Shown: positions 25,449 to 35,721 of the stretch, in pieces | How positions within the stretch are numbered: position 1 is the first letter of the stretch | Layout of the letters: each line of letters begins with the position of its first letter | From: Candidatus Altimarinota bacterium | Lineage (GTDB): Bacteria > Patescibacteriota > Gracilibacteria > UBA4473 | Direction of reading: 5' to 3' | Assembly (NCBI GenBank): GCA_020629095.1 | Contig: JAHDDZ010000001.1 | Coordinates: 1 to 40,542 of the forward strand | DNA length: 40,542 nt | Made by a program: the position numbers and the translations under genes | Notes under the pieces: model-generated | Told to the model about the DNA's origin: nothing | Seen by the model: only the letters and a program-made list of their open reading frames with translations | Databases searched by the model: none

Positions 25449-27536
25449 ATGAGTAACGTGAGTCACTATCCACTCGAAAAAGTTCGGAATATCGGAATTA
25501 TTGCGCATATTGACGCAGGAAAAACAACCACTACAGAGCGTATTTTGTTCTATACTGGGAAAAGCCATAAGATTGGCGAGGTGCATGACGGAGACGCCAC
25601 CATGGATTGGATGGAGCAAGAACAAGAACGTGGAATTACCATTACTTCTGCTGCGACAACAGCTTTTTGGGGAGACTGTCAGATTAACATTATCGACACG
25701 CCCGGCCACGTTGATTTCACCGTAGAAGTAGAGCGGAGCCTGAGAGTGTTGGATGGTGCCGTGTGTGTATTTGATGGAGTTGCTGGGGTTGAGCCGCAAT
25801 CAGAAACAGTATGGCGACAGGCTGATAAATATAACGTGCCACGGATGTGTTTCATTAACAAGCTTGATCGAACAGGGGCGAGCTTTTGGCGAGCATATCA
25901 GTCTATCTTAGATCGATTGACAAAAAGTGCGTTCCCGATCCAAATTCCGGTTGGAGAAGAAAGTGACTTCAAGGGGATTATTGATCTAATAGAAAACAAG
26001 GCGGTGCTGTATTATGATGATCTGGGGAAAGATGTGCGAATAGAGGAGATTCCGGTAGACATTGCAGACCAGGCAGCAGAGTGGCGTGAGAAGATGATTG
26101 AGGCAATTGCTGGCCACGATGACGCGCTGATGGAAAAGTATTTCGATGGGCAAGAAATTACAAAAGAGGAGATTCTTGCAGCCATGCGGATTGCAACGAC
26201 AAAGGGCGATTTTGTGCCTGTTGTAACCGGAACGGCGTTGAAAAACAAGGGAGTGCAGCCATTGCTGGACAAGGTGGTCGAACTGCTTCCAAGCCCGCTT
26301 GATATTCCACCAGCACAGGGGACTGACCCAGACGACGAAGAAAAAGTGCTTGAGCGAAAAGCAGATAGTGCAGAGCCATTGGCTTCACTAGCGTTCAAAG
26401 TTGCAACAGACCCATTTGTGGGGCGATTGACCTTTGTGCGGGTTTACAGCGGAAAGTTAGAATCAGGCGGCACAGTGTATAACACCAGCAGCCAAAAGAA
26501 AGAGCGAATTGGGCGATTGCTGCAGATGCACGCAAACACACGAGAGGAAATTAAAGAAATTCCGGCGGGGCACATTGGGGCGGTTGTTGGCCTGAAGGCT
26601 ACGCGAACGGGTGACACATTGTGCGACCCAGTAAATGAGATTATGCTTGAGTCAATTGAATTTCCAGAGCCAGTTATCTCAATTTCGATTGAACCAAAAA
26701 CAAAGGCCGATCAAGAGAAAATGGGTATCGCCCTGCAAAAACTTGCAGAGGAGGATCCGACATTTCGTGTGCACACAGACGAAGAAACCAATCAGACAAT
26801 CATTTCTGGAATGGGAGAATTACACTTAGACATTATTGTCGACCGAATGAAGCGAGAGTTTAAGGTCGAGGCAAATATTGGGCAGCCACAAGTGGCATAT
26901 CGCGAAACAATCTCAAAAGAGGTGCAAGCAGAATATATGCACAAGAAGCAGTCAGGTGGTCGTGGTCAATTTGGTCACGTATATATCAAAATCCGACCAG
27001 CAGAGGCTGGTACTGGGAACAAGTTTGAGAACACAATTAAGGGGGCGTCTATTCCAAATGAATATATTCCGGGGTGTGAAAAAGGATTTAATGAGTCACT
27101 AACACGAGGGATTCGCGCTGGTTACCCAGTTGTTGATATTGAAGTGGAACTATATGATGGGAAATATCATGACGTGGATTCATCTGAGTTGGCCTTTAAA
27201 ATCGCTATGCAGCAGGCTGTGCAAGAGGGATGTCGACGTGCTGCGCCGTCTATTTTGGAGCCGATGATGGCCGTTGAGATTATTACACCAGAAGATTACA
27301 TGGGGGATGTAATGGGAAATGTGTCGTCGAAACGGGGGATTATTCAGGAAACGGGTGACCGTGGAATGGCAAAATTTGTGAAAGCGCAAATTCCACTCGC
27401 AGAGATGTTCGGTTACGCAACAGAGCTGCGAAGCATGACGCAGGGCCGTGCCAGTTACAGCATGGAGTTCGCGCACTATGCAAAAGTGCCAAATAGCGTT
27501 GCCGAGAAAATCATTGCAGAGCGAGCCGGTGCTTAA
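25449..27536 (+). CDS. fusA: Elongation factor G
   Basis: The start reads [41 protein letters not shown] and NKLDR are present. I chose the ATG at 25449; the track ORF starts at 25413. Confidence 0.97.
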   Translation: MSNVSHYPLEKVRNIGIIAHIDAGKTTTTERILFYTGKSHKIGEVHDGDATMDWMEQEQERGITITSAATTAFWGDCQINIIDTPGHVDFTVEVERSLRVLDGAVCVFDGVAGVEPQSETVWRQADKYNVPRMCFINKLDRTGASFWRAYQSILDRLTKSAFPIQIPVGEESDFKGIIDLIENKAVLYYDDLGKDVRIEEIPVDIADQAAEWREKMIEAIAGHDDALMEKYFDGQEITKEEILAAMRIATTKGDFVPVVTGTALKNKGVQPLLDKVVELLPSPLDIPPAQGTDPDDEEKVLERKADSAEPLASLAFKVATDPFVGRLTFVRVYSGKLESGGTVYNTSSQKKERIGRLLQMHANTREEIKEIPAGHIGAVVGLKATRTGDTLCDPVNEIMLESIEFPEPVISISIEPKTKADQEKMGIALQKLAEEDPTFRVHTDEETNQTIISGMGELHLDIIVDRMKREFKVEANIGQPQVAYRETISKEVQAEYMHKKQSGGRGQFGHVYIKIRPAEAGTGNKFENTIKGASIPNEYIPGCEKGFNESLTRGIRAGYPVVDIEVELYDGKYHDVDSSELAFKIAMQQAVQEGCRRAAPSILEPMMAVEIITPEDYMGDVMGNVSSKRGIIQETGDRGMAKFVKAQIPLAEMFGYATELRSMTQGRASYSMEFAHYAKVPNSVAEKIIAERAGA

Positions 27537-27548
27537 TATACACAATCA

Positions 27549-29075
27549 ATGATTCGGTTTTTACTTCGCCGCCAAACACTTCGGGTGCTCTTGGCGGCTT
27601 TGTGCGTCTGGGGTGTCATTTCCATTGCCCCCATTTTTTCTATTGTGTCGCCAGCTCACTGGGGCAAAACGCACTTGATTGTACTGATGAATGATGCAGA
27701 GGCGCGCCCTTGTGGCGGGTTTATTTCTGCCTATGGCGTAGCGCGGGCTTTTCCGCCAAAGTTTCAATTAGACAATGTATACAACCTGCCGGAGCATAGT
27801 CTTGGAGCTGCTCGCGAGCCGCTTGCTGCGGTTGCTAACCAGCTGCAGTTCTGGGACACAGGGACCGCGCTGAACCCATCCAACTGTGTAAATGATATTG
27901 AGGCTGCATTTGAAGAGATAACAGAAATGGAGATAGACCGCGTTATGCTGGTAAATGCAAGTATTCTCGAGAGACTGATTGCCGGTGTTGGCGGAATAAA
28001 TTTTAATGGAGAGGAGGTGCAGGCAGATAATGCCTTTGCAACACTGAGTCGAGCAGTGGCAGACACCGACCGGCATGATGAATCGGCTCTTGCTGGGCGC
28101 AAATCTAGCATTGGAGACATAGCAAAATCAGTCATTAAAAAGTCAGTTTTCCAATTTTGGAATTGGCGAAAAATGACAAAAAGTATTGCAGCTGCAACAG
28201 AATCAGAACTTTTTTTAGAGGGGAGTTCTCCGGCTTTTGAGTCAGATGGTTGGGCGCTCGTAGAGTGGAATTTAGGAGGAGCAAAAAGTTCTCGTTACCT
28301 CCAGAAGAACCTCGAATTACGAATGCGAGAAACTGCTCCAGACGAGTGGTTGGTCGAGATCTTTGCAACAGCCCACCACCTTGGGGGAAGTGATGAGCCG
28401 CTTTCGCAAACATATAAAGGAGGGTTTGAGGTGCAATTTCCTGAGTGGCTAGAAACAGCAAATGACTGGTGGCCGGTTGAGGTTGCACCAGGAAAAAAGG
28501 CGACATATGAAAGAACTTTTCAGTTGAAGGGGCAGTTGCCAAGGTCACTCTCTATAACGGTGCAGCGTGGGCAAAAACTCTTTTTTGATGGAAGTATTTC
28601 TGTGTTTCCACAGCAACAAATCAGTGCAGCAGATGGTCATGTCACAGAGGGGGTTTGGGTTCTTTCTGATGTGCTAGAAAAAAGTACGAAATATGCTTAT
28701 ACGATCAAAAGTGATATGGTGAAGCCATTTGTGACGTTGCATGAATATACTCCAAAGAATGCACTTCCAGAGTTGTACACACAAGAATTCGCATCACACG
28801 ATATCGTTGTAGAAATTCACTTCTCAGAACCGATTATCCTCAATGATGCTTTTTACGCAGAACTGCTCGACAGAGATGTTGCAGATGTATTTATTCATGC
28901 AGATGCCTATCTCGACCATTCTTTTTTGTTCCTTAATAATCAGACACTTTTACTTGGTTTTCAGACTGATAAAAAGCAAGATCAAGAGCGATATGATCTT
29001 CGAATAGAGGGCATCGAGGACTTTTTTGGAAATGAAATAAAGAATGGCCAACGGACTATTATCGTACGAGACTAG
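27549..29075 (+). CDS. DUF4012 domain membrane-anchored protein (paralog of 23609..25399)
   Basis: There is an N-terminal TM helix. The signature reads LMNDAEARPCGGFISAYG. It starts 12 nt after the fusA stop. Confidence 0.65.
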   Translation: MIRFLLRRQTLRVLLAALCVWGVISIAPIFSIVSPAHWGKTHLIVLMNDAEARPCGGFISAYGVARAFPPKFQLDNVYNLPEHSLGAAREPLAAVANQLQFWDTGTALNPSNCVNDIEAAFEEITEMEIDRVMLVNASILERLIAGVGGINFNGEEVQADNAFATLSRAVADTDRHDESALAGRKSSIGDIAKSVIKKSVFQFWNWRKMTKSIAAATESELFLEGSSPAFESDGWALVEWNLGGAKSSRYLQKNLELRMRETAPDEWLVEIFATAHHLGGSDEPLSQTYKGGFEVQFPEWLETANDWWPVEVAPGKKATYERTFQLKGQLPRSLSITVQRGQKLFFDGSISVFPQQQISAADGHVTEGVWVLSDVLEKSTKYAYTIKSDMVKPFVTLHEYTPKNALPELYTQEFASHDIVVEIHFSEPIILNDAFYAELLDRDVADVFIHADAYLDHSFLFLNNQTLLLGFQTDKKQDQERYDLRIEGIEDFFGNEIKNGQRTIIVRD

Positions 29076-29094
29076 AAAAAAACCATAAGTTGAC

Positions 29095-29122
29095 TTGACT
29101 TTTGCTGGCATTTGAGAAGAAT
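29095..29122 (+). promoter_or_regulatory. Weak candidate promoter for the ATPase operon
   Basis: Tandem TTGACTTGACT lies at 29090-29100. The best -10 is AAGAAT (29117-29122), with a 16-nt spacer from the second TTGACT. Confidence 0.3.
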
Positions 29123-29146
29123 TCGAAGGATTTGAAATTGCCCCAT

Positions 29147-29467
29147 ATGACAACGGATTTTATTACGCAAGTGGAGGGAGCCGAGATGCAAGCTGTAACG
29201 GTTTTAGAGGCAGCAAAACAAAAAGCACAAGAGTATTTGGTGCAAGCGCGCGCAAGCGCAAATGTGGCGGCTGAGGAATTGGTTGTAAGCGCTCGAAATA
29301 AGTTACAAGAAGAGGTGAAAGCTGCGCAAGAAATTGCTAAGGCAGAATATATGAAGCTAGCGGAAAAAGGAGGGGCTGATCAAAGGAGTTTGGAGGCTTC
29401 GTGCGCAGAGCAGCAAAGTCAGGTTGTGAAGCGGGTTGCAAGTTTATTTCTTGACCTTACTGCATAA
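29147..29467 (+). CDS. V/A-type ATPase peripheral-stalk subunit (G/H-like coiled coil)
   Basis: The protein is 106 aa and almost entirely Ala/Glu/Lys/Gln helix (EAAKQKAQEYLVQARASANVAAEEL...). It is the first gene of the ATPase operon. I chose the ATG at 29147. Confidence 0.5.
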   Translation: MTTDFITQVEGAEMQAVTVLEAAKQKAQEYLVQARASANVAAEELVVSARNKLQEEVKAAQEIAKAEYMKLAEKGGADQRSLEASCAEQQSQVVKRVASLFLDLTA

Positions 29468-29470
29468 AAG

Positions 29471-31450
29471 ATGGCAAAGGTTCCTATTGAAAAAGTGCGA
29501 TTTGCTGGGCTAAAAAAGCATGAAGATGTGCTGCTAAAAGAGCTGCAAAAAAAATCTTTTGTGCACTTTGTTCGAGTAAAAAAAGAAGAGGTGTCAGCAG
29601 AAGACGAACATACTCGTTCTCGACTCGGATTTTTTGTGGACTATATGACAAAAAATGCCGAGAAGGGTGTTGTTGAGGGGGGGATGCTTACTGGTGGGAA
29701 AATTGTTTTAAGTGAGGCGGAGGCGCAGGAGCGAGCTGCTCGTTTTGCTAAGTCAGGAGAATCATTCATCTCTCAGGCGGAATTGGCTGAAGAGACGCTG
29801 GTGCGGAGTGCAAATGAGGTTTCACAGCTAAAAGAGTTGCGTGCAAAGATTGCTCCATTTGTGGGAATTGGCATGGGAGAGGTTCCAAAAAGTATCTCGC
29901 AGTGGGTTGGGGTGGTTCCAGTTGATGCAGTTGAATCTGTGTCTTTGGTGCTTGCGGAAGAGACGCATTTGGCTGAGCTTTTTGTAGTAAACCGAGGTGA
30001 TTTAGGTGCCGTTGTGCGAATTGTTTCGCACATTGACCAGCAAAAAGGGGTGCAAGAATTATTGGACACAGTGACTTTTCAGCAGCTGGAGTTGTCTTCT
30101 TTTGGGGCATATTCGGGGCAGGCGCCGGCTGATGCAGTTCGGTCGATTGATGAAAAAATAGCAATAGAGGAGGGTAAATTAGTGGCGGCTGAACAGGCAG
30201 TGAAAGATCTGACACGGCACGTAAATGATGCGCGAGTTGCAGCAGATATTGGTGATTGGGATGAGAGTCAGCGATCAGTCGCATCTTCTTTTTATAAAAG
30301 TAAATCACTTTTTTCTTTTGAGGCGTGGATTCCTAAAAGAGAGAAGGGGGCGCTTGAAAAATGGTTAAGTAGTTCATTTGTGGGCGAAGTTGCCATTGAG
30401 GAGGTCTCGCTTGCAGATGATGAAACCCCGCCAGCGTTTTTGGAGAACAACATAGCTGTTCGGCCATTTGAGGCGCTTACAAATATGTATGGCGCGCCAC
30501 TGAAAAAAGATCTAGATCCAACTCCGTTTTTGAGTTGGTGGTTTGTTTTATTCTTTGGCATCTGCCTTTCGGATGTTGGATATGGAGCACTTCTTGTCAT
30601 TGCCGGTGCCATCTTTTTGGGCTTTGGTACTTTTGCAGAATCTGAAAAAGACACATATCGACTGATGCTCTATTGCGGCGTTTCTGCCGTGATCGGAGGT
30701 GTATTATTGGGTGGGTGGTTTGGTATGACCCCAGATCAAGCTCCAGAATTTTTGACAACTGTGAAAGACGGAGCAGAGGTATTCCGTGGGCAGATCTTGA
30801 ATCCAACAGAGGGCACGGGCCCGCTTTCATTCCTCATTTTTAGTATCTATGTCGGAATTGCCCAGCTGCTGTTTGGTGTTCTGGTTGAGGCCTGGAAGTA
30901 TGTAAAGCAGAGAAATTATGGCGCAGCTGTTATGGATAGTCTGGTCTGGTTTGTATTCTTGGTAAGTCTAATTGGCTTTGCCATGGCAAGTATGGGAGTC
31001 CTTCCTCTGCCAGTTGACCCACTTAAGTGGGCAACAATTGCAACAGCCGGAATCCTTGTTTTGACACAGGGGCGACATCAAAAAAACTGGATCATGAAGC
31101 CAATTTCTGGGGTGCTTGGGCTTTATGGGGTTATGAATTATTTATCAGACGTGTTGAGCTATAGTCGCCTTATGGCGCTTGGGCTTGCCACAGGAGTTAT
31201 TGGTAGTGCGATGAATACCACTGCTGGCGTGCTCTATGAAATGATCGGGATTCCAGGTGTTTCGCACATTGTGGCGATCGTAGTGCTTATTTTTGGGCAT
31301 GGGTTAAACTTTGCACTCAGCTTGCTGGGGGCGAGTATTCACTCGATGCGCCTCCAATTTATTGAGTTTTTCGGGCGATTTTATACGGGCGGAGCAGAAG
31401 TGTTTACGCCTTTTGTGCGAAAAACAAAACATATTTTTATACGTTCTTAA
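29471..31450 (+). CDS. ntpI: V/A-type ATPase subunit I (a-subunit)
   Basis: Length is 659 aa. The N-terminal half is soluble (MAKVPIEKVRFAGLKKHEDVLLKELQK). The C-terminal half is polytopic and ends SYSRLMALGLATGVIG...HSMRLQFIEFF. Confidence 0.85.
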   Translation: MAKVPIEKVRFAGLKKHEDVLLKELQKKSFVHFVRVKKEEVSAEDEHTRSRLGFFVDYMTKNAEKGVVEGGMLTGGKIVLSEAEAQERAARFAKSGESFISQAELAEETLVRSANEVSQLKELRAKIAPFVGIGMGEVPKSISQWVGVVPVDAVESVSLVLAEETHLAELFVVNRGDLGAVVRIVSHIDQQKGVQELLDTVTFQQLELSSFGAYSGQAPADAVRSIDEKIAIEEGKLVAAEQAVKDLTRHVNDARVAADIGDWDESQRSVASSFYKSKSLFSFEAWIPKREKGALEKWLSSSFVGEVAIEEVSLADDETPPAFLENNIAVRPFEALTNMYGAPLKKDLDPTPFLSWWFVLFFGICLSDVGYGALLVIAGAIFLGFGTFAESEKDTYRLMLYCGVSAVIGGVLLGGWFGMTPDQAPEFLTTVKDGAEVFRGQILNPTEGTGPLSFLIFSIYVGIAQLLFGVLVEAWKYVKQRNYGAAVMDSLVWFVFLVSLIGFAMASMGVLPLPVDPLKWATIATAGILVLTQGRHQKNWIMKPISGVLGLYGVMNYLSDVLSYSRLMALGLATGVIGSAMNTTAGVLYEMIGIPGVSHIVAIVVLIFGHGLNFALSLLGASIHSMRLQFIEFFGRFYTGGAEVFTPFVRKTKHIFIRS

Positions 31451-31471
31451 ACTTCTTTAATTTTTTTACAC

Positions 31472-31978
31472 ATGGAGGAAACTCTACAATCCGTTTCGTC
31501 AATTGAATGGGGGCCTGTGCTCGCCATTCTCGGTGCATTTCTTGCTGTTTTCTTGGGGGGTCTTGGCTCAAGTTTGGCTATTGGTCAGGCTGGTCAAAAG
31601 GCTGCAGGAGTGATGGCTGAAAAGCCAAACTTGTTTGGTTCACTTTTGGTGCTTACAGCTCTTCCGGGGTCACAAGGGATTTACGGTCTTTTGATCGCTA
31701 TCTTCATTTTGTCAGGTGCTGGAATGCTAGGGGGAGGTGACGCAGCAGTAAGCATGAATGCTGGTATGATGTATCTTGTTTCTGGTCTTGTGATCGGATT
31801 TGCCGCACTTTCATCAGCTGTTTTGCAGGGGCGAGTAGTGACGGCATCTGTTGGCGCATTGGCTCGTGAAGAATCTGTGGCTGGTAAAGCCGTTACTATG
31901 AGTGTTATTATTGAGGCGTACGCGATCTTTGGTCTTTTGGTAGCGATCTTCATCGCCCTAGCAGCTAACGGCGCATAA
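31472..31978 (+). CDS. ntpK: V/A-type ATPase proteolipid subunit K (duplicated, 4 TM)
   Basis: Length is 168 aa. The sequence aligns by eye to Enterococcus hirae NtpK through ALPGSQGIYGLLIAIF, AVLQGRVV and MSVIIEAYAIFGLLVAIF. Confidence 0.9.
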   Translation: MEETLQSVSSIEWGPVLAILGAFLAVFLGGLGSSLAIGQAGQKAAGVMAEKPNLFGSLLVLTALPGSQGIYGLLIAIFILSGAGMLGGGDAAVSMNAGMMYLVSGLVIGFAALSSAVLQGRVVTASVGALAREESVAGKAVTMSVIIEAYAIFGLLVAIFIALAANGA

Positions 31979-31980
31979 AC

Positions 31981-32541
31981 ATGGCACTTTCAGATATTCT
32001 CAAAAAAATCGTACAAGAGGCTGAAACAGAGGCAAAAGAAATTTTGACAAAAGCTGAGGCTGCTGCCGTTGCTGAAAAGCAGCAAATAGTAGCCGAAGCG
32101 AATGAAAAAATTACAGAGCTTGAAGCTCGAAAAGAGTCGCTCATCAGTGAACTGCAAAAAAAAGCAGTGCACATGGCCGAGCGTGAAAATAAGCTCGCAC
32201 TCATGATGGGGCAGCAGTCAGTCGTAGAAAAGACGCTTTCAGCGCTTTACACGCATTTGTCTGAGTTGAGTGACGACGCATATGGGGCCATTTTGAAAAA
32301 CCTTTGCAGCGGGCTTTCAGGCGGAAAAATGATTCTTCACGCACCGAAAAATCGATTAGCTATTACTCAAAAATATGCACCGACAGGCGCAGAAGTGAAA
32401 GACTCAGCGGATATAAAAGCTGGGTTTATCGCAGAAATTGGGAACGTTAGAATTGATAATTCGTTCAAAAGCCTTCTCTTTTCAGAGCACAAAGATGCGC
32501 TTGTGCAAGCAATCGCTCAACATTATTCATTTGTTTCATGA
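31981..32541 (+). CDS. ntpE: V/A-type ATPase subunit E
   Basis: The N-terminus is a long coiled coil. The C-terminal globular part contains AGFIAEIGNVRIDNSFKSLL. Confidence 0.75.
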   Translation: MALSDILKKIVQEAETEAKEILTKAEAAAVAEKQQIVAEANEKITELEARKESLISELQKKAVHMAERENKLALMMGQQSVVEKTLSALYTHLSELSDDAYGAILKNLCSGLSGGKMILHAPKNRLAITQKYAPTGAEVKDSADIKAGFIAEIGNVRIDNSFKSLLFSEHKDALVQAIAQHYSFVS

Positions 32542-33536
32542 GTGATTTTCTTTTTGTTGCTGGCCAAATTAGAGCCCTTGAGGGCAAGATGCTCACTAAT
32601 CAGCAATTAGAGCGGATGGTTGGCGCGCCCACTGCGACAGATTCTTTTCGGGTGCTGGTTGAGCTGGCGTATGCAAAATACATTAACAACAGCACCACAG
32701 CAGATGACTTTCAAGACATTCTGGACCAAGGGCTGCTGGAAACAAAAGCGCTTATCACTCAATCAAGCGAGAACTTTCCGGAGCTTGATTTGATATGGCT
32801 CAAATATGATTTGGGAAATATCAAATCTGCCTACCGGATGAAGTTGGCTGGCGCCGAAGGTATTTCTGCCTTTGCGCGAAAAGAGGGATTTAGTGCGCTT
32901 GGGGCAATCAGCCAAAATTCCCTAGAGGCACTTGTATGGCATCATGAAGCAGATGCCTCGATCTCGCCTGCATTTGCAGAGGCGGTGGGCGAGCTGGCTG
33001 ATGAAAACCAGTTTGAGGTTATCTCTTCTCGGCTCGACACGGCTTGGGTCGATGCAATGCGCGCATCGGTCAAAAAGCATAAAACTGCTTTCAGTACCGG
33101 ATATTTTCAGCGGCTTATCGACACAGCAAACCTAAGTGCATGGACGCGAGCGCGCTATTCATTTGAGGTGCCATATACGCCAGAATTGCATTTAGATGGA
33201 GGCATCATTGACTATTCTGACTTGGCACATGCAAAAACGCCGAGTGAGCTGGTTGATCCCCTTTCTGGTACGCCATACGAGTCATTGGTTCGGTCTATGC
33301 CAAAGGCGGCAGACGCAGATGAGATGATCGAGCAAATGGAGGGCAAGTGCGAAACATTCCTCATGCGCTATGTAGTGGAATCAGAGTCCGGTGCAATCAG
33401 CACCGTAGAGATTCCGCTGGCTTACTTTGAGCGGCGTGCGCACAATGCACGCTTGATCAAGCTGGTGCTTTTCAGCAAGCTGGCTGGTATCGCTCCTGAA
33501 GAGATTCAAAAACGAGTAGACTACTATTCCCTATGA
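32538..33536 (+). CDS. ntpC: V/A-type ATPase subunit C (d-subunit homolog)
   Basis: Length is 332 aa. The start reads FLFVAGQIRALEGKML. Its ATG forms an ATGA overlap with the upstream stop. Confidence 0.8.
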   Translation: MSDFLFVAGQIRALEGKMLTNQQLERMVGAPTATDSFRVLVELAYAKYINNSTTADDFQDILDQGLLETKALITQSSENFPELDLIWLKYDLGNIKSAYRMKLAGAEGISAFARKEGFSALGAISQNSLEALVWHHEADASISPAFAEAVGELADENQFEVISSRLDTAWVDAMRASVKKHKTAFSTGYFQRLIDTANLSAWTRARYSFEVPYTPELHLDGGIIDYSDLAHAKTPSELVDPLSGTPYESLVRSMPKAADADEMIEQMEGKCETFLMRYVVESESGAISTVEIPLAYFERRAHNARLIKLVLFSKLAGIAPEEIQKRVDYYSL

Positions 33537-33883
33537 ACTATAAACTAGCTGTTATCGGAATGGAGGGAACAGCCGCGATTTATCGTATGCTGGGCGTAGA
33601 TGTCTACACAGCAAGCAGCTCAAGCGCTGCACGCGAGCTGGTAGAAAAGCTGATGAAGCAGTTTCAACCAGGGACTGAAACACCAGAGTACGCTGTGCTC
33701 TTTATTGAAGAAGATTTTCATGCAGAAATGCCTGTAGATTTAATAGAAAAATTAACGAAGCGGGCGCTGCCCGCCGTGGTTCCGGTGCCGACACCAGCAT
33801 CTGAAACCGGTAAAAAATCATATGGTGTGAAGCGCCTCTACTCAATCGTAGAGCGGGCAATCGGGAGTAATATTCTTGGCTAA
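33533..33883 (+). CDS. ntpF: V/A-type ATPase subunit F
   Basis: Length is 116 aa. The sequence contains MNYKLAVIGMEGTAAIYRMLGVDVY...AVLFIEEDF...LPAVVPVP. Confidence 0.8.
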   Translation: MNYKLAVIGMEGTAAIYRMLGVDVYTASSSSAARELVEKLMKQFQPGTETPEYAVLFIEEDFHAEMPVDLIEKLTKRALPAVVPVPTPASETGKKSYGVKRLYSIVERAIGSNILG

Positions 33884-33896
33884 TTTCATTTATACT

Positions 33897-35660
33897 ATGA
33901 CAACAACAGAACCAATTATCATCAAAGTAGCCGGCCCACTGGTGGTCGCTGACAATATGCAAACCGCCAAGATGTATGAGGTGGTGCGTGTGGGAACGGA
34001 GGGGCTTGTAGGAGAGGTTATTCGACTAGAGGACGGTAAAGCCTCTATCCAGGTATATGAGGAAACAGGTGGTGTGGGGCCAGGTGAGCCCGTAAAACTA
34101 ACCGGAAAAACTCTTTCGGTTGAGCTTGGACCGGGGCTTTTGGAGACCATTTATGATGGAATTCAGCGGCCGCTAAAAGTGTTAGAGGAGAAATCTGGGC
34201 ACTATTTGGCGCGCGGAATTGATGCTGATGGGCTCGACCAAAACAAAAAGTGGGATTTCAAAGCTACGGCAAAAGCAGGCGACACAGTTAGCGAAGGAGA
34301 CATCCTTGGGACGGTGCAAGAAACCACGCTGATTGAGCACAAAGTGATGGTGCCAGTTGGCATTACAAATGCAAAAATTAAAGATATTAAATCTGGAAAT
34401 TATACGGTAACACAAAACATCGGAACACTCGAAACAGATGGTAAGGAAACACCTGTTCAGATGCGTCAATTTTGGCCGATTCGGGTATCTCGAAAAGTAA
34501 GCGCAAAGCGAATTCCAGACACACCATTGCGGACAGGATGTCGTTCTATTGACATGTTTTTCCCGCTCGTAAAAGGTGGTGCTGCATGTATTCCGGGTCC
34601 GTTTGGAAGTGGAAAAACAGTGACTCAGCAGACACTGGCGAAGTACTGTGATGCGGAGGTTATTGTGTATATTGGGTGTGGTGAGCGTGGAAATGAGATG
34701 ACGGAGGTGCTGAACGAGTTCCCGCATTTGAAAGATCCAAACACGGGGGAGCCTTTGATGAAGCGGACAATCATGATCGCTAACACCTCAAACATGCCGG
34801 TTGCGGCGCGTGAAGCGTCTGTGTATACGGGGATTACAATCGGAGAATATTACCGTGACATGGGATATAATGTGGCATTGATGGCGGATTCTACATCGCG
34901 TTGGGCAGAGGCGATGCGAGAGATCTCTGGGCGTCTGGAAGAGATGCCAGGGGAGGAAGGCTATCCGGCCTATTTGGGTTCAAAAACTGCAGAATTTTAT
35001 GAACGAGCAGGTGCGGTTGAGTGCTTGGGTTCTGACGACCGACAGGGGAGCCTCACAGTCATTGGCGCGGTCTCGCCTCCTGGTGGTGATCTGTCTGAGC
35101 CGGTTTCACAAAATACGCTTCGGGTGACAAAAACATATTGGGGACTGGACAAGAAACTCAGTTACCAGCGGCATTTTCCGGCGATTAACTGGCTAAAAAG
35201 CTATAGTCTGTATGCGCCAAATATCGACAAATGGATGAAAGAAAATGTGGCGGAAGACTACTGGACGATCCAGGCAGAGGGGCTAAACCTTTTGCAAGAG
35301 GAGGCAAAACTGGAGGAAATTGTTCGATTGGTCGGGCCAGATGCGCTTAGTACTCGTGAGAAATTGGTGTTGCTGACAGCAAAATCAATCCGAGAAGATT
35401 ATCTCTACCAAGATAGTTTTGACCCGTTTGATGCGTATACGCTGAATGACAAGCAATATGAAATGCTCAAAACGATTCTGACACTTTTCCGAGAAGGCGA
35501 AAAGCTAATGGATATTGAGGATTTTGATTTCAGTCAGATTCAGGGATCTGATGTGATAAATGAGCTAGCAGACCTGAAGCTAAAAGAAGCGGGTGACGTG
35601 GCTGGATATGAGGCTGTTCGTGCAAATATCCGTAGTTTGGTTGAGGGCCTCGCTGGATAA
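33897..35660 (+). CDS. ntpA: V/A-type ATPase catalytic subunit A
   Basis: The Walker A motif reads GPFGSGKTV. Also present are GERGNEMTEVL and the non-homologous insert typical of A subunits. I chose the ATG at 33897; the track ORF starts at the TTG at 33876. Confidence 0.95.
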   Translation: MTTTEPIIIKVAGPLVVADNMQTAKMYEVVRVGTEGLVGEVIRLEDGKASIQVYEETGGVGPGEPVKLTGKTLSVELGPGLLETIYDGIQRPLKVLEEKSGHYLARGIDADGLDQNKKWDFKATAKAGDTVSEGDILGTVQETTLIEHKVMVPVGITNAKIKDIKSGNYTVTQNIGTLETDGKETPVQMRQFWPIRVSRKVSAKRIPDTPLRTGCRSIDMFFPLVKGGAACIPGPFGSGKTVTQQTLAKYCDAEVIVYIGCGERGNEMTEVLNEFPHLKDPNTGEPLMKRTIMIANTSNMPVAAREASVYTGITIGEYYRDMGYNVALMADSTSRWAEAMREISGRLEEMPGEEGYPAYLGSKTAEFYERAGAVECLGSDDRQGSLTVIGAVSPPGGDLSEPVSQNTLRVTKTYWGLDKKLSYQRHFPAINWLKSYSLYAPNIDKWMKENVAEDYWTIQAEGLNLLQEEAKLEEIVRLVGPDALSTREKLVLLTAKSIREDYLYQDSFDPFDAYTLNDKQYEMLKTILTLFREGEKLMDIEDFDFSQIQGSDVINELADLKLKEAGDVAGYEAVRANIRSLVEGLAG

Positions 35661-35677
35661 AACCAAAAAAGTATAAT

Positions 35678-35704
35678 AAAAGACCCGCTCAGCGGGTCTT
35701 TTTT
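35678..35704. terminator. Bidirectional rho-independent terminator between ntpA and glmS
   Basis: agacccgct (35681-35689) pairs perfectly with agcgggtct (35691-35699). The stem is flanked by aaa upstream and ttttt downstream. Confidence 0.85.
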
Positions 35705-35721
35705 ATGGTTTCATTTCTTGG

